DNA of 64,000 bases from a bacterium. Its GTDB lineage: Bacteria > Patescibacteriota > Minisyncoccia > Phycocordibacterales > UBA2100. Location: contig JAUSHX010000010.1 in NCBI GenBank assembly GCA_030648265.1, positions 26,253 through 90,252 of the forward strand, in the 5' to 3' direction. Position 1 is the first letter of the stretch; every line of letters begins with the position of its first letter. The translations under genes were made by a program, and so were the position numbers. This document shows positions 28,477-38,267 of this stretch, piece by piece. The notes under the pieces are model-generated. The model saw nothing but the letters and a program-made list of their open reading frames with translations, was not told where the DNA came from and searched no databases.

Positions 28477-30687
28477 CTAGCCGATGAGCGCGAGCGCCTT
28501 TATCAATTCCGCCGACCAGCGGTATATGTTGTAATCGCGCACGGAAGCGCGCATTGTCTTCATGCGGCGATGTTGTTCCGCCTTCGGCATGATAAGCGCG
28601 GCATGGAGCGCGGAAGAAGTTTCCTCGGCGCTGTACGGATTGATAAGAATCGCGCCTTTGAGGTCGCGCGACGCTCCGGCAAACTGGCTCAAAACGAGTA
28701 CGCCCGATTCGTCGCTGCGCGCGGCCGCGAACTCCTTCGCGACCAAGTTCATGCCGTCGTGCAAAGATGTGACGAGGCAAACGTCCGCAAGCTGGTAAAG
28801 GTTTATGAGTTCGTCGTGTGAGTGATTCCGCTTTTCCAGCATAATCGGCTTCCAATCCTTCGCGCCGAATTTCTTATTGATGCGCTCCGCTTCCCCGGTC
28901 ACTTGAGCGGCATACTCGCGGTATTTCTCCACGGACTCGCGGGTCGGCGCCGCGATTTGCAGCATCGTAAGATTGCCCCTGTATTCGGGATGCGCGTCCA
29001 GTAAGAATTCTATCCCCTTGAATCTCTCCAGTATCCCCTTCGTGTAATCAAGCCGGTCCACGCCGAGCACCAAATGCCTGCTTGTGATGCCAAGGTCTTC
29101 CAGAACTTTCCTACTCGGTTCTTTATGCGCTTCGGCGCTCCCCGGAAACGCGATTGAGATGGGAAACGGCCGTATCAGCGTGCGGTACTCGTTTCTGTAT
29201 ATTGAATACTGCTCGTAATCTATGCGCGATTCAATTTCCTTTCCGACCGTGTCAATAAAATTGTTGCAGTACTGTTGCGTGTGGAATCCGATGAGGTCGG
29301 CCCCGAGCATGCCCTGCAGAATCTCTTTTCGCCACGGGCAAATGCTGAATTGCTCCGCGCTCGGCCACGGAATGTGCCAAAAAAGCGACACTTGGGCATC
29401 GGGGCGGCTTTTCTTAATGAGCGCCGGCAAAAGCGCTAGGTGATAGTCCTGAACCAGAATAATCGGCCGTTCAACATTGCGTATTTCATCAAGAACGGTT
29501 TTTGCGAACAGTCCGTTTACCTTGCGGTACTCCCGCCAATCTTCGGCGCGGAAAAGTGGGCGCACGTGCGCCATGTGGCACAGCGGCCAAAGCGCCTCGC
29601 TTGAGAGACCGCTGTAATATCCCCTCACCTCTTTCGGGGTAAGCCAAACGCGCTTCAGAGTGTACTTCGGCTCCTCCGGCGGGACCGCTATTTTGTCGTC
29701 GGCGTCCACGACCGACTTGTCGGCGTCTCCGCTCCCGTGCGCTATCCACGTCCCTCCGCACGCCTCCATCACGGATTCAAGCGCCGTCACGGCGCCTCCC
29801 GCGGGCACGGACCATTTTGTGCCATTTTTAGTTTTCGTGTGCACGTACGGCTCGCGGTTTGAAACGACAAAGATGGGCCGGTCTTTCAGATACATACGAA
29901 TAAATTCTTTCAGGCGTTCCGCTGTCCACGGCGAATCAATTTTCTCAAGGCGCATGCGGGCCTCCTCGCTCGCCGCATGGCGCGCCTGATGCAGGCTTCT
30001 CGCCACTTTTGATATTTCTCCCGCGAGTGGCTCAAAGAAGCTTGAGCTAGGTTCCGCGTCAATGCCGAAATTTCCCCTGCGCGCCGCCTGCAGAGACGCG
30101 ACCATCCTCGTGATGGCCCGGTAAAAAACCAATCGTACAAGAATGAAAATCGCGATGGCGAATATTAAAATCTGGGAAAATCCCCGAAGCAGGTTGTTGC
30201 GCCAGATATCCGATATGCTCTCGTCTATATACGTGGCGTCTTGAGCGACAGCAAGCGCGCCGATGACGCGCCCGTCTTCGTGAAGCGGCGTCACGTGCAC
30301 GTAGTATGTGCCGTCACTGCGGCGCACAAAGCTTCCGCCTGATTCATCACTGTCCATCACCGTCGTTACGAGTTCGCCGCCGTCTTTAGAAATCGGCACG
30401 TTTGCCGACCCGGCGACCATGGCACCCGAGCTGTCAAAAACGCTTAAACCGGCGAGCCGCTCACTGCTGACAAATCTGTCTATAATTCTCTGCACGGTGC
30501 TCGTCGCGCGCGTGTTGTACGCCGGTTCTATGCTTTCCGCGAGGCTGTCGGCCAATACTTGGCTGCGGGATTGCAGGCGCGATGTAAGTTCAATCTGTTC
30601 TTGGCTCGCCTGATTCAAAGAAAAAAGCCCGACAATAAGGCCTACAACGAGAACGACGCCGCCTGTAATGAGGATGACCTGCCGCAT
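28477..30687 (-). CDS. otsA: trehalose-6-phosphate synthase (GT20) fused to an N-terminal two-TM extracytoplasmic sensor-like domain
   Basis: C-terminal approx. 480 aa with GT20 signatures (ILVQDYHLALLPALIKK..., FWHIPWPS, GxDxLDYxKG). The N-terminal approx. 250 aa has a TM segment, a roughly 150 aa non-cytoplasmic domain, and a second TM segment. Confidence 0.8.
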   Translation of the reverse strand: MRQVILITGGVVLVVGLIVGLFSLNQASQEQIELTSRLQSRSQVLADSLAESIEPAYNTRATSTVQRIIDRFVSSERLAGLSVFDSSGAMVAGSANVPISKDGGELVTTVMDSDESGGSFVRRSDGTYYVHVTPLHEDGRVIGALAVAQDATYIDESISDIWRNNLLRGFSQILIFAIAIFILVRLVFYRAITRMVASLQAARRGNFGIDAEPSSSFFEPLAGEISKVARSLHQARHAASEEARMRLEKIDSPWTAERLKEFIRMYLKDRPIFVVSNREPYVHTKTKNGTKWSVPAGGAVTALESVMEACGGTWIAHGSGDADKSVVDADDKIAVPPEEPKYTLKRVWLTPKEVRGYYSGLSSEALWPLCHMAHVRPLFRAEDWREYRKVNGLFAKTVLDEIRNVERPIILVQDYHLALLPALIKKSRPDAQVSLFWHIPWPSAEQFSICPWRKEILQGMLGADLIGFHTQQYCNNFIDTVGKEIESRIDYEQYSIYRNEYRTLIRPFPISIAFPGSAEAHKEPSRKVLEDLGITSRHLVLGVDRLDYTKGILERFKGIEFLLDAHPEYRGNLTMLQIAAPTRESVEKYREYAAQVTGEAERINKKFGAKDWKPIMLEKRNHSHDELINLYQLADVCLVTSLHDGMNLVAKEFAAARSDESGVLVLSQFAGASRDLKGAILINPYSAEETSSALHAALIMPKAEQHRRMKTMRASVRDYNIYRWSAELIKALALIG

Positions 30688-30814
30688 CCGGATAATGATA
30701 CCCTTGCCGCCCCTTTAATTCAACTGGCAAAAAACAATGCAATATCGGCTCTGTCGCGTACCGCGCCCCCGATGAATCGTCGGCGACGATTTGGTCTGGA
30801 ATTATTCCCATCGC

Positions 30815-30850
30815 AAACATTCCAACATTCTTGAGAATGTTGGAATGTTG
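30815..30850 (-). terminator. 13 bp inverted repeat downstream of the P-type ATPase gene (candidate intrinsic terminator)
   Basis: CATTCCAACATTC-ttga-GAATGTTGGAATG. On the minus-strand transcript it is followed by UUUGCG. It could alternatively be an operator for otsA. Confidence 0.35.
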
Positions 30851-30885
30851 CTATCAGACCAGCGACTGCGCGTCAAACCCGCTCC

Positions 30886-33573
30886 TCATGCTATGGCCAT
30901 GGTCTTCCTTCTATTGAAGAATTTGCGTATTTCCTCAACCAGCACGACAGATGCTGCGACTGGCACGATGATCAGCCACTCGGAGAGCTCAAGAGACGTT
31001 GTCTTGAGAAGTCCCTGCATCGTGGGATTATAGACGACGAGAAACTGCAAAGAGATAATAATCGCCGTGGCCGCGAACAAGAATTTGTTGGAGAACGGAT
31101 TTGTTTGGAATATAGATTTTGATTCGTGCCGGCAGTTCCAGGCGTTGAACCAATGCCCGACCGCGAGGGTCGTCAACGCGACCGTCCACGCTTTCACCAT
31201 GTCGGTTTCATAATACAAGCTGAATAACGCGAGCGTTCCAATCGCGAGAGGGGCGGCCATAAGCACAATCCTTTTAATCATGGCTTCGTCTATCAAGTAT
31301 TTTTTCGGCCGCTCAAAATCGCCCTTTAGCAACCCGTCCTCTTTCGGCTCCATGGCGAGCGATACGTCCAAAAACCCGTCGGTGACAAAATTCAGCCAGA
31401 TGATTTGAGCCGCAAGCAACGGAAGAGGAAAGCCGAGAAACAGAGCCCCCGATATGGTTAAGACCTGGCTCAAACTACCCGCAAAGAGATACATGAGTAC
31501 TTTCTTGATGGTTTTGTATATGCTCCTGCCCTCTTCCACGGCCGACACGATGCTCCCGAAATTATCGTCCAGTAGAATAATGTCCGCGGCCTCCTTTGCC
31601 ACCTCGGAGCCGATTTTTCCCATGGCCACTCCGAGGTCGGCGGCGACGAGGGACGGGGCGTCGTTTACTCCGTCTCCGGTCATGGCCACGATTTCCCCCC
31701 GCGCCTTGTATGCTTTTATAATTCTCAATTTATGTTCGGGCGTCACTCGCGCAAACACCGAGGTTTTGGATAATTTTGCGGAAAGCTCGGCATCAGAAAA
31801 AGCGTCAATATCAAGTCCCTCCAGAATGGTGTCTCCTTCTTGATAAATGCCGGCCTCTTTCGCTACCGCTTGAGCCGTGGCTCTGTGGTCTCCCGTAATC
31901 ATCACTACCCTGATGCCGGCGGAGGCGGCTTTTTGCATGGCCTCCGCCACTTCCGGACGAAGCCCGTCTTTCATGCCGAAAAATCCGACAAAGGTAAGGG
32001 ACCCAACGTTTTCGGGTTTGATTATCTCGGGCACCTCGCCGGTTTCAGAGAAAGCGATAACCCGCAACCCTTCCCGCGACAGGGAGAGAAAGACGGCTTC
32101 CAATTCTTGCTTTTCTTCTTTTGACAAAAAGTAGCTTTTTCCGCCGCGCCACACTTTGTGAGAAAGGCGCAAAACCTCTTCCGGCGCGCCAACGACGGTC
32201 AGCATTTTCTGGCCGTCAGTTTTATGAACCATCGCGTGATACTTCAGTTTGTAATCAAAGGGAATCTCGCCGACAGGCGGCGATTCGCGCTCCAAATCGC
32301 CCTTGTTGAATCCAAGTTTCTCGGCGAGCACAAGCATCGCCGCTTCGGTCGGGTCGCCGGCAACGCGCCACGCCTTTTCTTCTTCCGAAAACATCACGCG
32401 GGCGCTGGCGCAAAAAGCCGCGATTTTCCCCGCGAAAAGCAGTTCCTGGTGATTGGCCGGGTCAATCACGCTGTTATGCAGTTGAATCTCTCCTTTCGGC
32501 TCATAACCGACGCCGCCGACCTCAAAAAATTTCCCGTCTATATATACCCTTTGAATCACCATCTCATTTTTTGTAATGGTGCCTGTCTTGTCCACGGCAA
32601 TTACCCGCGCTTGTCCCAGTGCTTCCACGGCCTGGAGCTTTTTTACCAATGCATTGCGTTTTGACATTCTCCACACGCCGGTTGCCAAAACAAGAGTCAT
32701 CACAATCGGGAGTCCTTCAGGAATTATTGACACGGAAAGCGAGACCACGGTAGTGAACATTTCTTTTATTGATTTCCCGTACAAGATGCCGATGAGAAAC
32801 AGCGTGGTGCTTATGCCCGCGGTAGCGATGACGATAAGCCGTGAAAGATCCCGCACATTGGTTTTTAGGGGGATTTCGGTATCAATCGCCCCGATTTCTT
32901 TGGAAATTTTGCCGATGACCGTATCAAGGCCGATTTCCGTCACAATCGCCCTCCCGTTTCCGGCAAGAACGTGCGTCCCTTTAAATACCATGTTTTTTTG
33001 CTCTGCGGTTGCGCGGCCGGCCGTCTCAAGGGCATCGGGAATTTTGCGCACCGGTTCTGATTCTCCGGTAAGAGCCGCCTCGTCAACTTTGAGATTCGTA
33101 GCCGCAATAACTCGCGCGTCCGCCGGGACTTTCTCGCCCTCCTGAAGAATTATGATGTCTCCGGGCACCGTTTCGCTATCGGCAACGATGAGCTCGTTTC
33201 CCCCGCGCAGAACTGTCGCTTTTGTTTCAACAAACTTCTTGAGCGCGAGAAGCGTGTTTTGCGCTTTGCCCTCCTGAATTGTCCCGACAGCGGCATTGAA
33301 AAGAAGCACGGCAAAAATAATAAGACCGTCCACAGTTTCCCCAATGGCAAATATGACCGCCGCGGCGGCAAGGAGAATGTAAATCAGGGGACTCTGGAAT
33401 TGACGGAGGAAAATAACGGGCACACTGTCCGCCGTGCCTTCCGGCAGCTTGTTTGGGCCGTATTCCCTTAGACGGCGCTCCGCTTCTTCTTTCGTTAAAC
33501 CGCGTTCGTGCGAGCGCAGCGCCGCAAGAACTTCGGCGGTTGTTTGGGTATACAATGGAATTTGTCGTGTCAT
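30886..33573 (-). CDS. cation-transporting P-type ATPase (type II, Ca2+/Mg2+-ATPase-like)
   Basis: 895 aa; phosphorylation motif DKTGTIT, TGDHRATAQAVA, GDGVNDAPSL, and 10 TM segments. Confidence 0.92.
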   Translation of the reverse strand: MTRQIPLYTQTTAEVLAALRSHERGLTKEEAERRLREYGPNKLPEGTADSVPVIFLRQFQSPLIYILLAAAAVIFAIGETVDGLIIFAVLLFNAAVGTIQEGKAQNTLLALKKFVETKATVLRGGNELIVADSETVPGDIIILQEGEKVPADARVIAATNLKVDEAALTGESEPVRKIPDALETAGRATAEQKNMVFKGTHVLAGNGRAIVTEIGLDTVIGKISKEIGAIDTEIPLKTNVRDLSRLIVIATAGISTTLFLIGILYGKSIKEMFTTVVSLSVSIIPEGLPIVMTLVLATGVWRMSKRNALVKKLQAVEALGQARVIAVDKTGTITKNEMVIQRVYIDGKFFEVGGVGYEPKGEIQLHNSVIDPANHQELLFAGKIAAFCASARVMFSEEEKAWRVAGDPTEAAMLVLAEKLGFNKGDLERESPPVGEIPFDYKLKYHAMVHKTDGQKMLTVVGAPEEVLRLSHKVWRGGKSYFLSKEEKQELEAVFLSLSREGLRVIAFSETGEVPEIIKPENVGSLTFVGFFGMKDGLRPEVAEAMQKAASAGIRVVMITGDHRATAQAVAKEAGIYQEGDTILEGLDIDAFSDAELSAKLSKTSVFARVTPEHKLRIIKAYKARGEIVAMTGDGVNDAPSLVAADLGVAMGKIGSEVAKEAADIILLDDNFGSIVSAVEEGRSIYKTIKKVLMYLFAGSLSQVLTISGALFLGFPLPLLAAQIIWLNFVTDGFLDVSLAMEPKEDGLLKGDFERPKKYLIDEAMIKRIVLMAAPLAIGTLALFSLYYETDMVKAWTVALTTLAVGHWFNAWNCRHESKSIFQTNPFSNKFLFAATAIIISLQFLVVYNPTMQGLLKTTSLELSEWLIIVPVAASVVLVEEIRKFFNRRKTMAIA

Positions 33574-33800
33574 GGGTTATTTAATCAAATCGTCGGTTCT
33601 CCAAGAATCAGATTCCGCCGGACAATCAATTTCCCCGCGGCAAGACGCGGGGAAATGCCTGCGGCGGGCCACGGGAGAATACCTGCGGCTATTATATATT
33701 ATCCGCGCGTTGCACTCGGCCCGGAGTTTTTTACGAGGCAAGGAATGAGCGCATAGGAATATTTTAAGATCTTAGAAAATGCCGTGTCCCGCCCGCCACG

Positions 33801-34436
33801 TCATAGTGTTTTGGCGATTGACCCTATCAATAAAATGCCGATGCAGTTGAATGTAAAGGAGAGAGGAATAAACCAGGACATTTTCATTTTTGAGAAGCCC
33901 AAAAGGCTGATTCCCAACTCGTCGGGAAGTGGAGAGGCGATAATTAAACCGCCGACAACGAATGTAAACCATCTGAAGAACCGTAGGTGGAGGAGTGTGC
34001 TTACTCTTCTCCCCGCTCTCCGGTGCCCGACGAGCTCCATCAGGTGCTCTGAAAACCTGTCCCGGATAAACCGGAAAATTATCAAGTCTCCGAGTACAGC
34101 CCCCATTGCTCCGAAAATGGCCGTCAGAAACACCGAGTTGGCCTGGGCAATCTCGCCTAGAGCGACTATTGCCGGAGCAGTTGTAAAAACTGAAGTGAAA
34201 AACATCCCTGCGATAAAGCTTCCCAGTAACTCCCGTTCATGGGTAGCGGTTAGTATATTTACTAAGACTTCTGTTTTTACCAAAATTACAGCGATAAGAA
34301 CGCTGAATGCGATGATAGATATATCCCGTAGAAAGAAATTGTTCTTGCGTTTCCTTGTTTTCATTTGAGTACAATGACCCGAGTACATGTATTTTGTATC
34401 TCGTATTTTGTATTTAGTATGAATACAAGATACCAA
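33801..34436 (-). CDS. hypothetical integral membrane protein
   Basis: Multiple hydrophobic helices. The real start is probably an internal Met (MKTRKRK...). Confidence 0.4.
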   Translation of the reverse strand: MVSCIHTKYKIRDTKYMYSGHCTQMKTRKRKNNFFLRDISIIAFSVLIAVILVKTEVLVNILTATHERELLGSFIAGMFFTSVFTTAPAIVALGEIAQANSVFLTAIFGAMGAVLGDLIIFRFIRDRFSEHLMELVGHRRAGRRVSTLLHLRFFRWFTFVVGGLIIASPLPDELGISLLGFSKMKMSWFIPLSFTFNCIGILLIGSIAKTL

Positions 34437-34446
34437 ATACCATATA

Positions 34447-35718
34447 CTACATACTTTTTATTATTTCTACTGCTTTATCCATCTGTGGGTCATTCTTCGC
34501 TTTTACATCTTCCTCCGTCATCTTGACCTCCACATCGGGCACAATGCCGGTATTCGGGATTTGCTTTCCATCGGGTCCGAGCCATCGTGCAATCGTCAGT
34601 TTCAACGCCGTATCAGATGTTATGTCCACAAGTTCTTGCACGGAGCCCTTGCCGAATGTCGTTTCTCCAACAAGTTTTGCTTTTCCATAATACCGCAGCG
34701 CGTCGGCAAGAATCTCGGAAGCTGAAGCCGAGCCGTGGTCAACAAGAATAACCATTTTTAGATTCTGGTTGAAAATGTCATACCCACGGGAACGATGCAC
34801 GATATTTTGCGCATGGCCAGCATAATCTTCCGTGACTACCACCTTCCCCGCAGGCAAAAACCAACTTGCCATATCCACCGCGGCGTCTAAATATCCGCCT
34901 GGGTTTCCGCGCAAATCAAGAATAAGTTTAGTATCCCCCGATTTGATTAAATCGCGCAGGCCATTTCTGAAAAGGTCGGACGAATTTGCCGTAAAACTCA
35001 TCAGCGAGATGACAAAGACTCCGCCTGGAAGCTCTTTTGTCGTAATGGTCGGAACATCGATGACACCACGCGTCACTTTTATATCTCTTGGCGTAGTCCA
35101 ACCGTCGCGAAGGATTGTCAGAGCAACACTGCTCCCGCCAGGTCCGCGGATCTTCTTCACCGCGGTTGTGATATCCATGCCGTGCGTATCAGTACCGTTT
35201 ATTTTCAAAACCTTATCTCCGCTTTTAATCCCGGCTCTTTCGGCCGGAGACCCTTTTAGAGGCGAGACAACAGTAAGCACTTGGTCGCGCACGGCGATTT
35301 CCATTCCGACACCTTCAAAACTGCCGCTCATGTCGTCAGAAAAGAGCTTGTTATCGCTCGGTGGAAGGAAATATGTATACGGATCATTAAGAGATCCTGC
35401 AAGGCCCGTTATCATCCCCCATACGCGTTCCTGATTTAATTCCGATGTGCTTGTTGCCATCGGCGTGCTTGTAGATACCGCCGCCGGAACAAATTTCTCA
35501 TTGATGATGTTCCATGCCTTCCAAACGGGTGAAAAATCCACATCGGCAGGCTGTGTTCCGGAGGCGGTCAGTTGAGAGGCGATTGACGCGGGAATGTAAG
35601 CGGAAAGCATCCCGCGTATACCGATGGCGTACCCTAAGAGCGCGCACACCACTCCAAGCGCCAGAGCGCCAATGACGGCATTCCGCATGCTTGGAGATTT
35701 ACTGTGCTCTTCCCACAT
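34447..35718 (-). CDS. carboxyl-terminal processing peptidase (S41 family, with PDZ)
   Basis: S41 signatures LDLRGNPGGYLDAAVD and DHGSASASEILA; N-terminal TM segment. Confidence 0.88.
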   Translation of the reverse strand: MWEEHSKSPSMRNAVIGALALGVVCALLGYAIGIRGMLSAYIPASIASQLTASGTQPADVDFSPVWKAWNIINEKFVPAAVSTSTPMATSTSELNQERVWGMITGLAGSLNDPYTYFLPPSDNKLFSDDMSGSFEGVGMEIAVRDQVLTVVSPLKGSPAERAGIKSGDKVLKINGTDTHGMDITTAVKKIRGPGGSSVALTILRDGWTTPRDIKVTRGVIDVPTITTKELPGGVFVISLMSFTANSSDLFRNGLRDLIKSGDTKLILDLRGNPGGYLDAAVDMASWFLPAGKVVVTEDYAGHAQNIVHRSRGYDIFNQNLKMVILVDHGSASASEILADALRYYGKAKLVGETTFGKGSVQELVDITSDTALKLTIARWLGPDGKQIPNTGIVPDVEVKMTEEDVKAKNDPQMDKAVEIIKSM

Positions 35719-35802
35719 TGGGAGGATTATCGCACATTACGATTCAACCCCAAAGTTGCATTGGTATACACCTACCCTGCGCGGATACGTTATAATACGG
35801 CG

Positions 35803-36714
35803 ATGCGCACGAACTATGAGCATAATGGGGTACTCTGGATAGACCTTGAATCTCCGACACAAGACGAAATAAAAGCAATCGTAGACCAGTTCGGAATCAC
35901 GACGATAGTCGCGGAGGAATTGCTGCTACCCTCAACAAAACCACGCGCGGAACTCTATCCGACATTCGCATACATAGTTCTTCACTTCCCGTCTCTGCGC
36001 CGCGCACATAAATCAGTGGAGCAGGAAGTTGATTTCGTGGTCGGCCGCAACTTTATAATCACCGCCCACTACGACATCATTGACCCCCTTCATAAATTCT
36101 CAAAAATCTTTGAGGTCAACTCTATATTGGACAAAAGCAATATGGGAAACCATGCGGGGTTCTTCTTCTTTTACATGCTCAAAAAGCTATATAAAGGAGT
36201 TGAGTACGAGGTGGAGCGCGTCCGGCATCATTTGAGCACGATAGAAGGCGATATTTTTTCCGGCCACGAGGTGGGTATGGTTGAGGCCATATCCAATACC
36301 TCGCGCGACCTCCTGAATCTCCGGCAAACGATAGAACCACACCGGGAGATTCTGCACACCATTGAATCGGAGGGTGCAAAATTGTTCGGCGATGATTTCG
36401 CGCCGTATTTGCGAGCGCTGTCCAATGAATACTACCGGGTTCACAACCACATCATGCGCAACACGGAATCGCTCCACGAACTGCGGGAAACCAATAATTC
36501 GCTCCTCTCAACCAAGGAAAATGAGACGATGCGGGTTCTTACCATCATGGCGCTCCTTACCTTCCCTCTTGCGTTAGTAGTGGCGATTCTGGGGCTTGAC
36601 AGCCCCTACAATCCCATACACGGACAACCCTATGATTTTTGGATAATCGTCGGCATCGTCGTTGTACTCGGTACATGCATGGTCACTTACTTCAAGCACA
36701 AAAACTGGTTTTAG
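35803..36714 (+). CDS. CorA-family divalent cation transporter (variant GMN motif)
   Basis: Cytoplasmic alpha/beta domain plus two C-terminal TM segments; the loop GLDSPYNP sits where GMN normally is. A perfect TATAAT lies 6 nt upstream of the ATG at 35803 (the ORF track begins at a GTG at 35704). Confidence 0.7.
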   Translation: MRTNYEHNGVLWIDLESPTQDEIKAIVDQFGITTIVAEELLLPSTKPRAELYPTFAYIVLHFPSLRRAHKSVEQEVDFVVGRNFIITAHYDIIDPLHKFSKIFEVNSILDKSNMGNHAGFFFFYMLKKLYKGVEYEVERVRHHLSTIEGDIFSGHEVGMVEAISNTSRDLLNLRQTIEPHREILHTIESEGAKLFGDDFAPYLRALSNEYYRVHNHIMRNTESLHELRETNNSLLSTKENETMRVLTIMALLTFPLALVVAILGLDSPYNPIHGQPYDFWIIVGIVVVLGTCMVTYFKHKNWF

Positions 36715-36724
36715 TGTAATAGGT

Positions 36725-38260
36725 ATGCGTATCCCCTTCTGGCACACACTGCGGTACAGTTTTGGGCGCAAGACGCCGGTATTTCTGTACAACACATTGG
36801 GGGCGGAGAAACAGGAGTTTACGCTTCCAGCATCGGCAAAAACCGTCCGGATGTACAACTGCGGGCCGACCGTGTACGACACCCAGCATATCGGGAACCT
36901 GTCAATGTTCGTGTTTACCGACACTATTCGGAAAGTTCTTGAGTATAATAATTTCAAGGTAAAACAGGTCATCAACATAACCGACGTCGGACACCTCACA
37001 TCAGACAGCGACGAAGGTGAAGACAAAATGACGAAGGGGCTTGAGCGCGAAGGACGCGAACTGACGCTTCAAAACATGTTGGAGCTCGGCGAGCGGTATA
37101 CGAACACCTTTTTGGGAAATCTGCGGGAACTGAATATCAATACTGAACACATTATTTTTCCAAGAGCGAGCGGATATGTTCCCGCCCAAATCGCTATGGT
37201 TGCAACGCTCGTAGAGAAAGGATTCGCATATAAAGCCCCAGACGGAATATATTTCGACACAGCCCGATATCCCGCATACGGGGCTCTCGGCGGAATACAA
37301 GAGAATGCCCACAGTGAGGGCGCGCGGGTTGCCGCAAACAAGCACAAGCACAGCCAGGCAGATTTTGCCTTGTGGAAATTCTCCGCCTCCTCCAAGGGAG
37401 GATCGTCCTCCGGAGGAAAAGGCGGACCCGCCTCGGGCGGAAATATACTCGGCTGGGACAGTCCGTGGGGAAAGGGTTTCCCCGGGTGGCACATTGAATG
37501 TTCGGCTATGGCCCGTGCGGTTCTCGGAGAACAGATTGATATTCATACCGGCGGAATTGAGCACATACCGATACACCACAACAACGAGATAGCACAGTCG
37601 GAGTGTGCGACGGGGCGGAAACCTTTTTCCCGTTTTTGGATCCATCGCGCCCATATACAGATAGAAAGCAAAAAGATAGCCAAGTCTGTTGGAAACGTCA
37701 TATATCTTTCCGACATAATCGCACGCGGGTTCCACCCCATCTCCTTCCGCTACCTTCTTTTGGGGGCACATTACAGGACACCGCTTAATTTCAGCTGGGA
37801 AGCGCTTAGTGCGGCGGAAAAGGCATATTTGCGTTTGCGCTTAATGACCGACAATTATCCCGCCGGTGGCGAAATACATCTGCAATACCAAAAACGTATG
37901 CGGAAACGATTTAACGATGATTTGGACACTGCCGGTGCTCTCGGCGTTTTGTGGGAAATGGTCAGAGACAATACTCTTTCTCATGCGCAGATACGCGCCG
38001 GCATTATGGATGCCGATAAAGTGCTTGGACTGAACCTTGGGAGTATTGATGAGAAAGCTACGGCGGCTTGCATAAAACAATTCGGAAAGAAAGTGGAACT
38101 CGCTCACTTGCCTGATAACGTGCAAGCTATGATAGATGAGAGAAATATCGCACGAGCGGAAAAGAGCTGGGAACAAGCTGACCTTTTGCGCAAGAATCTT
38201 GAAGGAATGGGGTATATTCTGGAAGATTCCGCTAAAGAAACTACTATTTTTAGGAAGTGA
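36725..38260 (+). CDS. cysS: cysteine--tRNA ligase
   Basis: MYNCGPTVYD...HIGN (HIGH), KIAKSVGN (KMSKS), and WHIECS. It contains a Gly/Ser-rich low-complexity insertion ([18 protein letters not shown]). Confidence 0.9.
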   Translation: MRIPFWHTLRYSFGRKTPVFLYNTLGAEKQEFTLPASAKTVRMYNCGPTVYDTQHIGNLSMFVFTDTIRKVLEYNNFKVKQVINITDVGHLTSDSDEGEDKMTKGLEREGRELTLQNMLELGERYTNTFLGNLRELNINTEHIIFPRASGYVPAQIAMVATLVEKGFAYKAPDGIYFDTARYPAYGALGGIQENAHSEGARVAANKHKHSQADFALWKFSASSKGGSSSGGKGGPASGGNILGWDSPWGKGFPGWHIECSAMARAVLGEQIDIHTGGIEHIPIHHNNEIAQSECATGRKPFSRFWIHRAHIQIESKKIAKSVGNVIYLSDIIARGFHPISFRYLLLGAHYRTPLNFSWEALSAAEKAYLRLRLMTDNYPAGGEIHLQYQKRMRKRFNDDLDTAGALGVLWEMVRDNTLSHAQIRAGIMDADKVLGLNLGSIDEKATAACIKQFGKKVELAHLPDNVQAMIDERNIARAEKSWEQADLLRKNLEGMGYILEDSAKETTIFRK

Positions 38261-38267
38261 TGCTTAA

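Noticed and set aside
25480-30700. Numerous long overlapping ORFs in all six frames (e.g. 25946-26602 +, 26797-27420 +, 27009-27350 -)
   Set aside because: These are frame-shadow ORFs, typical of GC-rich DNA, overlapping the well-supported ROK, GH, otsB and otsA genes. They have low-complexity Arg/Ala/Pro-rich translations.
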